Source of the DNA: an uncultured bacterium
GTDB taxonomy: Bacteria > Auribacterota > Erginobacteria > Erginobacterales > Erginobacteraceae
Reading direction: 5' to 3'
Assembly (NCBI GenBank): GCA_964465735.1
Contig: CAYXKT010000001.1
Span: 10,721 to 74,720 of the forward strand
DNA: 64,000 nucleotides
Below, piece by piece: positions 37,738-48,216 of the stretch. Each line of letters starts with the position of its first letter. The stretch's first letter is position 1. The position numbers and the translations under genes were made by a program. The notes beneath the pieces are model-generated. The model was not told the DNA's origin. It saw only the letters and a list, made by a program, of their open reading frames with translations, and did not search any database.

Positions 37738-38196
37738 TCAAGATTTCCGCCTGAGTTCCGGCTTATCCTGCATTCGGGCCTCTTGTGCGGAAATCTTCAA
37801 GAAGTTAACCGGCGGAAGAATAAACCGGCCGTAGGGGGAGAGCGCGGTTAGTTGTGCGACGTGGGCACGTACCAATCCATAGAGCATTGCCGCTCCGTTA
37901 AGCATCAGGTATTTGGCGATCTCGTTTTCCTCCGTCGGCAATTGGTCAAACCGAAAATAACCTCGCACCGTGGCCTCGGCAATAATCGGGCATTGCTTTT
38001 TTTGGTTCCCCCGGCCGGGAGATACTTTTATCTTTAACTCGACCATATATTTGCTCGAATCCTGGCGATTTCCCCTGACCGATCTCCCCAGGTCGATCTT
38101 GGCCACCTGATTCTCCGTTTTTGGATCGTAATCGGAGTTAATCCTTACGGAGATTTCCGGCAAAAAGTAATTCTCAAGCAACAAATTCGCAAACAT
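37738..38196 (-). CDS. SecB-like chaperone (TAC system chaperone-like)
   Basis: MFANLLLENYFLPEISVRI...ILPPVNFLKISAQE parallels the SecB architecture (e.g. NLAPVNFDALF). Confidence 0.45.
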   Translation of the reverse strand: MFANLLLENYFLPEISVRINSDYDPKTENQVAKIDLGRSVRGNRQDSSKYMVELKIKVSPGRGNQKKQCPIIAEATVRGYFRFDQLPTEENEIAKYLMLNGAAMLYGLVRAHVAQLTALSPYGRFILPPVNFLKISAQEARMQDKPELRRKS

Positions 38197-38599
38197 TGTC
38201 AACCTCCGGGACCCGACTGAAGCGGGCTGTATAATCACTCTGGTCCTCGATATCTTTTTTGGGAATCTCCGGGGGAGGCTCGGACATAAGAAAAGTCCGG
38301 ACCGTTTGCCCAATGGGGGATATTACCGGCTCCCAGTATGCTCCCAAAGCCCAGGCCAGCTTAACCATAGTTTCGAGAGAGAGGTTTTCATAGCCCCGGA
38401 ATACCTTGGAGATATAAGCCGGGGAGGTGCCCGCCCTCCGGGCCAATTCCGAGCGATTTACTCCCTGGTCATCCATCATCTTCAGCAAGGCGTCGGCGAC
38501 CTTGAGTTTCATCCCCTCAGCCTCGTATTCAGGATGGCTCCTGGCTCTCTGTAAGGCTGCCTCCAGTTCTCTTTCGCTGGTCACTGAAACGCGTTTCAT
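38174..38599 (-). CDS. higA: HigA-like XRE antitoxin with a C-terminal extension (chaperone-addiction-type)
   Basis: HTH NRSELARRAGTSPAYISKVFRG, plus a ~50-aa C-terminal tail overlapping the SecB-like gene. Confidence 0.55.
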   Translation of the reverse strand: MKRVSVTSERELEAALQRARSHPEYEAEGMKLKVADALLKMMDDQGVNRSELARRAGTSPAYISKVFRGYENLSLETMVKLAWALGAYWEPVISPIGQTVRTFLMSEPPPEIPKKDIEDQSDYTARFSRVPEVDNVCEFVA

Positions 38600-38950
38600 C
38601 CTTGGCCTCCGGTTAAATTTCGATCAACCCGTCTTTTCGGGCCTGCAAATAAGCATTGCGGCGCAATTTCGCCCTCCGCAGTTGTTCAGGCGGTATCTTG
38701 TCTTTCTTCTTGATAAACGCCGAAGTGCAGAGAATGACGCGGTTCTCGTAGAAGAACAATCGTTAAAGGTACTTTACTGGGATCGGGATGTTTGGGTGAT
38801 CCGATACAAGCGACTGGAGGCGGGGATAAGAGAAGAGGGTGGAAAGTTTGTTTTGCGTCGACCGGTCTATTTTCCCTGCGGTGGCCAGAAGGGAGATGGG
38901 AAGGCCTCGATCTCCGGGTTCTTCATCTTCTGGGGAGGCTGCAACTTGAG
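38600..38950 (-). pseudogene. higB: HigB/RelE-like toxin remnant (internal stop)
   Basis: The C-terminal RLFFYENRVILCTSAFIKKKDKIPPEQLRRAKLRRNAYL is preceded by an in-frame stop (…IPVKYL*). Confidence 0.45.
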
Positions 38951-39145
38951 GAAGATTCAGAATCGCTTGATCCAGTTGAGATATCTCTGTGCGATTCGGA
39001 TGGAGTAGTAGTAAAGCAATCGCCTTGCCTCGGCAATGCCATTCAAGATTCCTGACTCAGCAGGGATTGCAGATTTGTTAGTGTCTCACCAATATCCATT
39101 CAAATTCCAAGCTGATTAATTTTGCTGCAATAGTACGTCTCCAGC

Positions 39146-39748
39146 TTAAACTACTCCCGCAGGTTCCCTCTGAGATACTTCCTCCGGAGAAATCTCTTGC
39201 ACTTCGTCAACTCCTTCAGTGGATTCTTCTTCCCCCGGAAAGGAGATCTGGAGGCGATCCCGGAACTCGTCATAAGTGTTTTTGAAATTTCTGAAAAATT
39301 TAAAAAGCACCTCGCGATAAAAGCGATCTATCCCACGGGTGATTTCTTTATCACCACTGAACGACGCCAGTTTGGTCAATTTTTTCAACTGATCATCGAT
39401 CTGGAAGACAGCGTGTTTAATCCTGACTGCTATCGGAGAAGTCGGATCCACTAAAATCATAGAGAGATCCATATCCAGGGCAGACAAGTAACCGAGGATA
39501 TCACCGAATTTCAAATCCTGGTCGGAACCAGCTTCCATCCGGGAGATCTTGCTGGTGTGACACCCCATATGTTTAGCAACTTCAGTCTGAGTTTTCTCTC
39601 TGAGGAGTCTTTGGAGGATAAGTTGTTCTATCAATCTCCTGTTAGCGATTAGTTTTTCCACTCTCTCTTTAGCTGAAGGGTCGTCAAGAATATCAACGGC
39701 CATTTCAGCGACAGAATGAGATATGCGTGCCATAATGTTTTTCCTCAT
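39146..39748 (-). CDS. XRE-family HTH protein (HigA-like antitoxin candidate)
   Basis: HTH TQTEVAKHMGCHTSKISRMEAG. Downstream of a RelE/HigB-like toxin ORF. Confidence 0.5.
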   Translation of the reverse strand: MRKNIMARISHSVAEMAVDILDDPSAKERVEKLIANRRLIEQLILQRLLREKTQTEVAKHMGCHTSKISRMEAGSDQDLKFGDILGYLSALDMDLSMILVDPTSPIAVRIKHAVFQIDDQLKKLTKLASFSGDKEITRGIDRFYREVLFKFFRNFKNTYDEFRDRLQISFPGEEESTEGVDEVQEISPEEVSQREPAGVV

Positions 39749-39781
39749 GCATTTTTGCGTTGAGTTATAAGTTGCAAACTA

Positions 39782-40015
39782 TTATTTTGCTTTGCGTATT
39801 GTTTTTACCAGCTTTTTAGCCTCATTGATGTCCTTGGATTGGCCCTCCTTAAATCCCATCCCAATAACATAAATAATTTTAGAGACTTCATCGAAGTAGA
39901 GGTATATCCTGGTTTCCTTTGGACTTGGAATACCAGATTGACCTACTCGATAAACTCCACCACCTTCAGGCCGAAGAGTTCCAAACTTCCACTTCCCTCC
40001 GATCTTTAAGCCCAT
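39782..40015 (-). CDS. RelE/HigB-family toxin-like protein (short)
   Basis: VYRVGQSG...RIYLYFDEVSKIIYVIGMGFKEGQSKDINEAKKL is an addiction-module killer C-terminal signature. AT-rich. Confidence 0.4.
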   Translation of the reverse strand: MGLKIGGKWKFGTLRPEGGGVYRVGQSGIPSPKETRIYLYFDEVSKIIYVIGMGFKEGQSKDINEAKKLVKTIRKAK

Positions 40016-40329
40016 ATATTAAGATACTTCTGGGCCGTTGCTATTTGTGCCACACAAGATTCAAATTCAGCCGTATGCTTCTTTTTAACTCTTTTTTCCT
40101 GGCTTTTCGTTATGAGAGTCCAATTGATCTTCCACATTCGAAATCACCAAATTGGTTTTAGGGATTAAAGGTTTCTGTTTCACATTACTACATAAAATGT
40201 AACCTAAGCTCAGGGAATGCGCAAGTTATTATAATATTTGTGTGAATATAGCAAAAGCTCTTTTGAAAAAAGAGAATGACTTAAAAATCGATAGCGATTG
40301 AAAAATTTCTTCGAGGCATTAAATTTCGC

Positions 40330-40830
40330 CCGAATTTTACCGTGACTCTCCCGAGTCTGGAAAGTCCCGAAGTTCCGGAGGCGGACCAGGTGGTCTCGCT
40401 TTACCTGGTCCCGGATCGTGATGCCGCCGATGACCAGGAATTCGATTCGGGAGGACGGACCGCCGGCCCCGGAACTGGCCGATTATTACGCCCGGAGAGC
40501 GGATAACGGGATTGGTTTGATCATCGTCGAGTCAGCTGCGATTGGGGAAAAGTCGGCCGCCAGCTACGTCGGCGGGCTCCAAGTGCATTCCCCGAAACAC
40601 GCTGGGGCCTGGCGTCCGATTACCTGTGGCGAGATCAAGTCCCGGGAGCGGGCGGAATTTCTTCTCAATTCAGGTCATACCGACCAGGTCGCTTTCGACC
40701 GACCCCTGATCGCCAACCCTGGGTGGACGCAGATGCTGGAGACCGGATATATCAGCGAATACGTGGAGTTCGACTACGCTGTTCACTCCGCGGAATTGAT
40801 ACGAAATGATTCGACTGGATTTTTTTAACT
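40330..40830 (+). pseudogene. Old-yellow-enzyme (NADH:flavin oxidoreductase) gene remnant
   Basis: LADYYARRADNGIGLIIVESAAI plus DQVAFDRPLIANPGW are fused. An N-terminal piece is out of frame upstream. Confidence 0.5.
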
Positions 40831-41694
40831 GGCGGTGAATTATTGACAACAGAGAGCGGTGGAGGGGGAGTGGTGGGGAACTGGTCCTGGATCATTCCAT
40901 CACTTCGAAAGTATCCAAAGACTTATTGATACCCTAAAGACTGATAGGGTATATTACAATGAATGTAAGGTATTCGAAGGGTGAAAAATATGAGGCAAGA
41001 CCAATTTTCTTCCCGGCGGTTTATAATTCCGGCAAAATGGGCGGTTTAAAATTCCCCCGACAAAATTATAGATAGCCATCTGATTACATTTCCTTCCTTT
41101 TAATTCGGCCGCCCAGGCCGGATCATTTTTTGTCCTGTCTTTCGCCCAACAAAAGCATTCAAATTTTTCACCGCTTTATTTCTCAGCTTAGTCTCTTCTC
41201 TCCTGCCCCCTGTCAGCCGTATTTGACTGCTCATTCTCCCACTTCCCTATTGCGATAGCAAAAAATCTCCATTTGCCGCCAGAAGAAGCCAAGAGGTCAT
41301 CGTAAGATCTCTCAAGAAGAAATGCCCAATCTGTGGGTGACTCTTCCTCCCGGATCCCCGGGGGAGAGAAAGCCAGGCCCAAGAAGAATGCGGCCGACAC
41401 CGGAAGGCTCTGCTTCGAAAGAGATGGACGGAGAAGAACCCCGATTATTTCTGCCGGCGCAACGAACGTAAGCATCTGGTGAACCCATCATCCCAACTCT
41501 CCGAATGACTGAGATACCTTCCCGATAAAATCAACATATGCGCTTCAGGGGCATCTGCAAACCAAACTGGGGGGGGGAAGCGATACAGAGAGTCGGAAGA
41601 AGAACGAGCCCAAAAGAGAAGGGCTGGAAAGAAAACATCAGCCGGGCGGTAAGGAGCGGGACATCGATTCGCGCTTTCTGCCGGACGGAAGGAA

Positions 41695-41795
41695 TCCACG
41701 AAGCGCAGTTTTATTAACATTCAGAGTGGATTTATTATGCTGTTATCAGTAACCTATTATGACTATCTAGGAGGTTCAATATGACACGCGCAATA
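41695..41795 (+). repeat. Duplicated ~95-bp leader plus first codons of the 34966 antitoxin gene
   Basis: acattcag...atttattatgctgttat...gactatc.agga.gtt.aatATGACACGCGCAATAA is ~80% identical to 34900..34990. It is truncated after MTRAIMLAVRKE. Confidence 0.5.
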
Positions 41796-41912
41796 ATGTT
41801 AGCCGTTAGAAAAGAGTGAAAACTTTGAACTGCTTCAGGATAGAACGTGCGTCGTTTCCTGCGATCGCTATCCTTACGACTTCATTGATGTAATCGATAG
41901 GCTGGTTCAATA

Positions 41913-43424
41913 ATGTCCTTTAAGAGTGGGAAATCATTTCTGATTTGGATCCTTCCGATCGTCTTCTTTCTATTTTTAGCCTTCGATGGGATTACTCACT
42001 GGGATGAGACTAACTATCTGTATAAGGGCGCCTTCTCGGAATTTGATCTTGATGCTCATTGGGTTCATTATTCGGGCGGGTTTTATAGCGGGAGGATGGC
42101 CCATATACTGATTCTCCGGTCCTTGTTTTTTGTTTTTGGGGTTGGGATGATCCCTTTTTTCTTTGTCCAGGTGACAATGGCATTATTTATCCTTGGTGCC
42201 GGCTGGATATTTTCCCGAGTGCTCAAGGAAATGGGCCTGCCGCCACCTCTCCCATATTTGGGCGTGGTGGCCTTTCTTTTTCTCCCCCTGTCTCTCTATT
42301 TGGGTTACAAAGCGCTGGCGGAAACCACCGCCATTTTAATGGCCGCGCTTTCGCTGTATTTTTATTTTTCCGGCTTGAGAACCAAGGGAGCTTCCGGTTT
42401 TATCCTTCTGGGTATTTCCGGTTTTGCTCTTTTTCTGGCTACTAACGCCCGCGTGGAATACCTGCTTACTTTCGCCACTCTAGTTCTGCCATATATCTGT
42501 TTTCGTTCCGGTTCTCGTCTCTCCGCGTTCCGGGGCTTGATCTGGGTTGGAGCAGTCTGGGTGGTTTTAACCGCGGTTCTGGGATTATGCACCGGGATCT
42601 GGAGTCTGCAATTTATGCTTCAGCGGTCGGAAGCTTATGGGGCCAAGTTTGCTGCTGACAGCGCGGATTATATGCCAAATTATATCGTAGGGATATTATT
42701 TGGCGGCGGTCTCTGGTTCTTCGCCCTGCTTTCCCTGGCCAGATGGCGTCGGGCCGCAGTCAAAATCGCTTGGGGTGGTATGGTCATTTCGATGGTGCCG
42801 ATCGCGCTTCTGGCCGACCATACGGAACTAAGGTATTACAGCCCGGCGATCTTTTCCTTTGCTTTGACGGTGGCGATCGGCATCGTGGTATTTTACGGTT
42901 GGCTGCAGCGGAAACTAAATCCCTTAAGGGCTCGAGTGGTGACGGTGGTTTTGTTTGGTCTCCTGGTGACGGGCAATCAATTGTTTCGGCCCTGGCAGGA
43001 AGTCGGTACGGACGGGTCTTCTCTGGCCCGATTGATTACCCGGGTGCGGGAGAAATACCCCGATCCACTGCTGCTGACCGCCCACCCGCATTCGACTTAT
43101 GCCTTTTCGCGGATCTGCTACCCAGAATTGAGGATAGCGCTCGATCGGGACTTCGAGGGGCTGGCTCCTCTGAAGGTTAGGAGTTTCGAGGAACTACAAG
43201 GGCAGGAAGAACCGTGGCTTTATCTTTCTTCCCGGGGCCAGAAGGCTCGGCCGTTGCTGATCAGGATACTCCATAGTCTCCGGGGAAAGACTCCGATTGA
43301 CCGCGATGATCAGCCGGTGATTGCTACTGGTTGGGTAGCTGGTCTGGATTTGCTTTCTCCAAATTGGATCGATCGCGAAGGCCAATACCTCATTTTTCGG
43401 ATGAACCAGGGAGGAAATGAGTGA
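41913..43424 (+). CDS. Polytopic membrane protein, GT-C-like (putative glycosyltransferase/mannosyltransferase family)
   Basis: 503 aa with ≥11 TM helices. The N-terminus is shared with the fragment at 7034. Confidence 0.45.
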   Translation: MSFKSGKSFLIWILPIVFFLFLAFDGITHWDETNYLYKGAFSEFDLDAHWVHYSGGFYSGRMAHILILRSLFFVFGVGMIPFFFVQVTMALFILGAGWIFSRVLKEMGLPPPLPYLGVVAFLFLPLSLYLGYKALAETTAILMAALSLYFYFSGLRTKGASGFILLGISGFALFLATNARVEYLLTFATLVLPYICFRSGSRLSAFRGLIWVGAVWVVLTAVLGLCTGIWSLQFMLQRSEAYGAKFAADSADYMPNYIVGILFGGGLWFFALLSLARWRRAAVKIAWGGMVISMVPIALLADHTELRYYSPAIFSFALTVAIGIVVFYGWLQRKLNPLRARVVTVVLFGLLVTGNQLFRPWQEVGTDGSSLARLITRVREKYPDPLLLTAHPHSTYAFSRICYPELRIALDRDFEGLAPLKVRSFEELQGQEEPWLYLSSRGQKARPLLIRILHSLRGKTPIDRDDQPVIATGWVAGLDLLSPNWIDREGQYLIFRMNQGGNE

Positions 43425-43489
43425 GCGCGCCAAGGATTATTTCTATTCAAGAGCTGGTCGGTGAATTCAGATGATTGATTTGTTTATTT

Positions 43490-43680
43490 CCATCTCTTTC
43501 CGCGACTGGTGTTGAAGAACCGGATCGTGTTGCCGCCGATGCCCCGGCATTTGACTCGAGGGGGTGGGTTGCCGACCCCGGAACTGGCGGATTGCTACGT
43601 CCGGAGGGCAAAGAACGGGGACGGTTTGATCATCGCCGAGTCTGTCCGTGCCGTTATCGATGGGGTCTGATGGAAGACCA
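43490..43680 (+). pseudogene. Second OYE-family N-terminal fragment
   Basis: VLKNRIVLPPM...ELADCYVRRAKNGDGLIIAES. ~75% nt identity to 40400..40560. Confidence 0.45.
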
Positions 43681-44298
43681 TTCCCAGAGCCCGCCAAGTT
43701 TGATCAAGAATCCTCGTCCGCTTCGGTTAAAACCCATTTTCTGATCGGCCTTGCGGGCTCGGTAATTGGTGAATTCCACTGAGGTCAGGATGGTCTTGCC
43801 GGCGGGAACCAAGTCTTGGATGAGATCAGTCAGGAATAGGGAATAAAGCTTTTGCCCTCGCCAATCCTCCCCGATGAATACGTCATACATATATATTTCG
43901 TTTTCTGCCAGTGGGCGTTCATATTCCAATTCCGGAATTCGAATTACCGAGTCGCTCAACCAGACGTAGCCGGCGAGAGAATCACCGAGAAATATCCCCC
44001 GGCATTCATCGTTGTATTCCTCGAGCCGGGTCAGAAAAACCTCTTCGTTTTTCCCTTCCAGCGGGACCAGACGAGGGATTTCTTCCTTAACAACGGAGCG
44101 GACGAAGAACCCTTCAGGTATTTCCTGGGTAACTGTGGGGTAGGAGTCGCAGCGGTAAAAATCGTTGATCTGGATATATATCCCTGCCTTTTTAAGATTG
44201 GAGAGAACCGCTTCCAACAGATCCCAGCTCTGTCCCTCGCGGAGAATCTTCAGTAATGCTTTCCTTTTGCTGTTGAGAGTGCCCTTGCTCATTATCAA
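43654..44298 (-). CDS. GNAT-family N-acetyltransferase
   Basis: Motif A region: GEDWRGQKLYSLFLTDLIQ...KMGFNRSG. Confidence 0.65.
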   Translation of the reverse strand: MIMSKGTLNSKRKALLKILREGQSWDLLEAVLSNLKKAGIYIQINDFYRCDSYPTVTQEIPEGFFVRSVVKEEIPRLVPLEGKNEEVFLTRLEEYNDECRGIFLGDSLAGYVWLSDSVIRIPELEYERPLAENEIYMYDVFIGEDWRGQKLYSLFLTDLIQDLVPAGKTILTSVEFTNYRARKADQKMGFNRSGRGFLIKLGGLWEWSSIRPHR

Positions 44299-44348
44299 AG
44301 ATATTCGGGTGCCCGGCTATTTTGTTCCCTGGAATTAGGCTAAAATAA

Positions 44349-45515
44349 TTAACCGCTCTTTTTGCGGATCCGGGATTTGAGACGGTGTGCCGATCCGTAA
44401 AGCTGGCCTTGAAATGTATTGTTGATAATGCGATGGGAACTGATCGTGGTCTGGCTGTTGGAGAAATGCCGTTTGTAGTTTTCACTACCGGCTAAAAAGT
44501 CGAACTTTCCGATTTCTTCTCTTCCGCAGTCCTCGATCATATAACTGATCAGGGCTTGCATCACCCCCTGTCGCCCGAATTTTGGTTCAAATCCGGTTTG
44601 GTAGTCGTAAACCTTCCCCCTGTAATTGAAGTTGTAGCGGGCGGCGACGGTTTTTCCGTCCAGACGGAGGTCGGCGGCAAAGAGGAGGCCGGAGTCATAA
44701 AAGATTCGGGAGAGGCGATCGTGGAAGCGTTGGTAGATGGGGTCGGCGAACTTGCTGGGCAGTCCACGTTCTTCGAGACGGGCGGCGTGGAGGCGCTTGA
44801 ACTCCTCCATCCATTCATCGAGGTTTTCTTCTCTGTTCAGGCGGTGGTATTCAACCCGGAAATCCCGCTCCAGATTGCGGCGGCGGTTGCGGATGTTGCG
44901 GCGCATCCGACTGTCGATCCCTTTGAGGTAGGTTTCGAATTTGGCTGGGACTTTGACAAAGTAGCAGGGTTCGCGGTTGATGATCTCCCGGGCGGGGAAA
45001 CGGTCGTCAAGAAATGATCCGAGAAGAGAATCTTCGGGCAGGTCGGTGAAGACGGCGATATCCCAGTCCCGGTCGCGGGAGAGGAATCCTTCCAGCAACT
45101 CCAGGCATTCTTCCCGGTGGCCCGGGAGGCAGATCAGGTCGAGGTACTCGGAGCGGACGGACTCGCCGGTGCCGATAAAGCGGAGTTCCCGGATTTTTGC
45201 CAGGCGGAGCAGGGGGCGGTTTCTGATATAGCAGGGGAGGATGCCGACCAGTCTGGTTTCATCCCGGAAGGTCAGGATATGCGGCTGTTTACCTTCGCCG
45301 AAGACTTTCCACCAGGTGGAGACCCACTCCCAGGTCAGGAAGATGTTGTCGGCCCGGGTCTGAGGGAGCAGGGCCTTCCATTCCTGTTCCAGGGCGAGAA
45401 AATCATCCTCATTGGTTATCAGGGATTGATTGATCATTTTTAAGCGCGAATCTTCGCGAATCTTCTCGAAGTAATCCCCCGCCTCGCCCCCTGTTTTTGA
45501 ACCACGAATTTTCAC
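44349..45515 (-). CDS. CelD/BioF2-like GNAT acetyltransferase (Acetyltransf_6 family)
   Basis: 388 aa. FLTWEWVSTWW, RRNIRNRRRNLERD, and a C-terminal GNAT-fold region. Parent of the pseudogene at 7150..7866. Confidence 0.65.
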   Translation of the reverse strand: MKIRGSKTGGEAGDYFEKIREDSRLKMINQSLITNEDDFLALEQEWKALLPQTRADNIFLTWEWVSTWWKVFGEGKQPHILTFRDETRLVGILPCYIRNRPLLRLAKIRELRFIGTGESVRSEYLDLICLPGHREECLELLEGFLSRDRDWDIAVFTDLPEDSLLGSFLDDRFPAREIINREPCYFVKVPAKFETYLKGIDSRMRRNIRNRRRNLERDFRVEYHRLNREENLDEWMEEFKRLHAARLEERGLPSKFADPIYQRFHDRLSRIFYDSGLLFAADLRLDGKTVAARYNFNYRGKVYDYQTGFEPKFGRQGVMQALISYMIEDCGREEIGKFDFLAGSENYKRHFSNSQTTISSHRIINNTFQGQLYGSAHRLKSRIRKKSG

Positions 45516-45520
45516 GAATT
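45443..45520 (-). promoter_or_regulatory. Tandem 10-bp GAAGATTCGC repeats upstream of the acetyltransferase gene
   Basis: On the gene strand: gaagATTCGCgaagATTCGCgc, then aattcgtgaaaattcgtgg. Confidence 0.35.
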
Positions 45521-45635
45521 ATCCCCCGCCTCGGTCCCTTTGGTAACAGACGAATTTAACGTGATTTAATTATGCACAATAGATTAGATATTCCTAAACT
45601 CAAGCGCATAACTAAATATGGGCCTGGTAGATTGG

Positions 45636-46050
45636 TCAGAGTTGGGCGACCGCCCAGTCGTGAAATCGCCGGACTTGGTTCAGCAGGGCCAGGGCTTCCC
45701 CTTTGGAGAAATCGCGGTCTTCATATTCGACCAGATTCTTCTTCGCGATTACCCTTTTTCCCAACTGTACTTTCTGTCCGATTTCTTTCAAGTTGGAGGC
45801 TTCCAGGGAGTTCAGCAATTCAACTGCCGCCATCTGGCTGATGCTTATGGAACGAATCCCGGAGTACTTAACCAGTAGGGCGTCGATAAGAAAAATGACG
45901 CAATGGACTCCGTTGAGTCCGATCGCGTTCCAGTTTTCCGCTTCCTCCGCCTGGAACATCATTTGGCAGAACTCCTTTCCCTTCTTCAGATAATCCGGAT
46001 ATTGGGTCTTATCAATTGTTCGGATCTGTCTTGTTCCGGCTGGATTGATA
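45636..46050 (-). CDS. HEPN-domain protein (partner of the upstream minimal nucleotidyltransferase); 5' end disturbed by a MITE
   Basis: Helical ~120-aa domain with an Rx4-6(H/Q) region (SISQMAAVELL). The ORF N-terminus is encoded by MITE sequence, so the true start is probably M at MMFQAEE. Confidence 0.45.
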
Positions 46051-46052
46051 CC

Positions 46053-46215
46053 ACCTAAATTGAGCGATTCTATGCGGCGAACTGCACCAATCTTTTGCGT
46101 CCGAACGGATATTGAAAATCCTCGCCATATCTCCTGGATATGGCTGCGGTTTTCGCAACCCGTCGGCCAGCAAAATCTTAGCACATTTCATCCGCAATAA
46201 TCGCTCAACTTAGGT
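46053..46215. mobile_element. MITE family A, copy 3, between the MNT and HEPN genes; TSD TACCA
   Basis: Same 163-bp element with a perfect 5-bp direct-repeat flank. Confidence 0.85.
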
Positions 46216-46236
46216 ACCAATATTCTCTCGAGGGTT

Positions 46237-46830
46237 TCACCGGTCAGAAGACGATGATTGAGTAGAATTGATTTCACCAATGGTTTTTGAGATTGATAAA
46301 TGCGGATAAATTCTTTTTCGGTTTTGATATGGGGGCGAAATACTTATCCTGAATTTCCGCATAAGGATCTGATCGATCTTATCCAGTGATTTTTCAGCGA
46401 GTGTCTTTCCTTCTAGATTATGGGTAACTACCAAGAGGTCGAGGTCACTTTGGGATGTTTCCTCTCGCCGGGCGAAGCTGCCGAAGAGCGCCAGGGAAAC
46501 GATTTTTTCTTCTGGCCCGGCCAAGCCCGCGACGATGGTGGAGATAACGTCTTCGGTTATGCTTTTCTCCTGCTCGAAGAGAGGAGCCAACAGTTTTCGG
46601 ACCAGGGGGCTATCCTCAGCAATTCCGTAGAGGTGAGTTTTTCCCGCGGTTCGCAGATTGACTACCCCCTCGTCGCGCAGTTCCCTGAGTGAGCTCGATA
46701 CTACCGAGGGACTCATACCGATCTCCCGGGCGATCGCCCGGCCGGTATGCTCGCCGTTCCGCAGGCGCAGGAACCTGAGGATCTTCAGTTTCGAACCCTG
46801 TCCGATGATCCTGTCGAGTTGCTGCTGCAT
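46237..46830 (-). CDS. wHTH plus minimal nucleotidyltransferase (MNT/MntA-like)
   Basis: LFGSFARREETSQSDLDLLVV is the GS...DxD NTase motif. N-terminal winged helix. Confidence 0.6.
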   Translation of the reverse strand: MQQQLDRIIGQGSKLKILRFLRLRNGEHTGRAIAREIGMSPSVVSSSLRELRDEGVVNLRTAGKTHLYGIAEDSPLVRKLLAPLFEQEKSITEDVISTIVAGLAGPEEKIVSLALFGSFARREETSQSDLDLLVVTHNLEGKTLAEKSLDKIDQILMRKFRISISPPYQNRKRIYPHLSISKTIGEINSTQSSSSDR

Positions 46831-46879
46831 TTATTGACATCTGGATATGTGTTCGATTTATCGAACAATGTAGATGTAC

Positions 46880-47283
46880 TCATCCTGTAAGTCAACAGGA
46901 ACCAGTGATTTAGGGGGGAGACGAGAGGGTTTCCCGGATGGCGAGGCGGATGGCCTGGTCGGAGGTGTGGTGAGGTTGCCGGCCGAGGGACTTGATCCGG
47001 GTCAGGTTGTAACGGTAGCGGGGGACGTCTCCCTTCCAGCCGCCGGTTCCGCCGGTGAAGTGGAAGGGGATGCCCTCCAACCCCATCTCCTCGACTGCGA
47101 TTTCGGCGATCCGGCGGACAGTGGTCCGGGTCTCGGGGCCGATTCCAGGTGCTCCAGTTCTCTCAGGCTGAGGTCATCAACGGCGGTGATCCGAACCCCT
47201 TCGGCCAGGAGCCGGTCGCAGAGGCGGGAGCCGATAAACCCGGTGCCCCCGGTGACCAGGATGTGCGGTTCCTTATTCATACC
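46880..47283 (-). pseudogene. NAD-dependent epimerase/dehydratase remnant with a large internal deletion
   Basis: N-terminal [32 protein letters not shown] and the C-terminal [29 protein letters not shown] in another frame. The middle ~200 aa are absent. Confidence 0.5.
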
Positions 47284-47940
47284 CGGGCGCTGGATAACAA
47301 AATTTCCCGGGGAGACCAATCGGATTTTGCGGGCCGGGGTTTGTATGGCGAGGGGATGGGTAGAGGAGGGATGAGGGCAGGATATCGGAGTTCTACCCAC
47401 TTGAGGCAATCAATTTGTCCGATGCTTCTGGATGATATTCGAGAATCAGCCCGATAGGCTCTTCCGGGTCCGTCGCATTACTTCGTCCGCCGGCAGGCAT
47501 TTGATCTTCCCCGCTTCGATTTCGTGCCATCTCCGGTCCGCTGGTTCCATCCAGGCTTTCTCGGTTCGGCGTTTTCAAAATGCTTCATACTGTCCCAGAC
47601 GCGTTGCGCGAGTATCACCCGTTCGTCAACGGCCAGACTGAGAGCTTCGTTTCTCAGTTCGTCCAGGGTGCTCATCAGCTGATTATTCCTCCAAGTTTAT
47701 CTTCCGCCGGATAAACTCTCGGTCAAGAATTGCCCAGATTAGTTCAGCCCGCTCAGACAATACCGCAATGGAAAAGTCATAAACAGAAAAGACAGAAACA
47801 GCATTGGGATCCGGATAGATTGTGTGGTTTTGCCTTGTGCTGGGGGAGATTGTTGTGCTTAACTCAAACATAATAAGATAATTCGATCTGCAATAAGAGG
47901 CAGCCGCGCATTGTCCATCCGCCACTAAAAGGACCTTATA

Positions 47941-48195
47941 CCATTATGAAGGTGCGATGGATAATATGGAAGGATATCTTCCTATAAAAGATCCAGAGAA
48001 AGCATTCAGTTACACCGGAGGAGGTTGAGCAGGTTTTGTCCCGGAATTCTATCTTCCGCAAGGCGGAAAAGGGTAAGATCCCCGGCGATGATCTCTATGT
48101 AGCCTATGGCCGATCCGAAGCTGGAAGGTAATTGGTAGTTATGTTCATCATCAAACAGCCGGACGGGGCATTACCGATATCGGCAAGAAATATGA
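47941..48195 (+). pseudogene. brnT: BrnT-like (DUF497) toxin, frameshifted near the N-terminus
   Basis: VYAAYGRSEAGRYLVVMFIIKQPDGALPISARNMTKAERRYYEK matches the BrnT C-terminus. The N-terminal codons are in another frame. Confidence 0.45.
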
Positions 48196-48216
48196 CGAAG
48201 GCAGAGAGAAGATATT

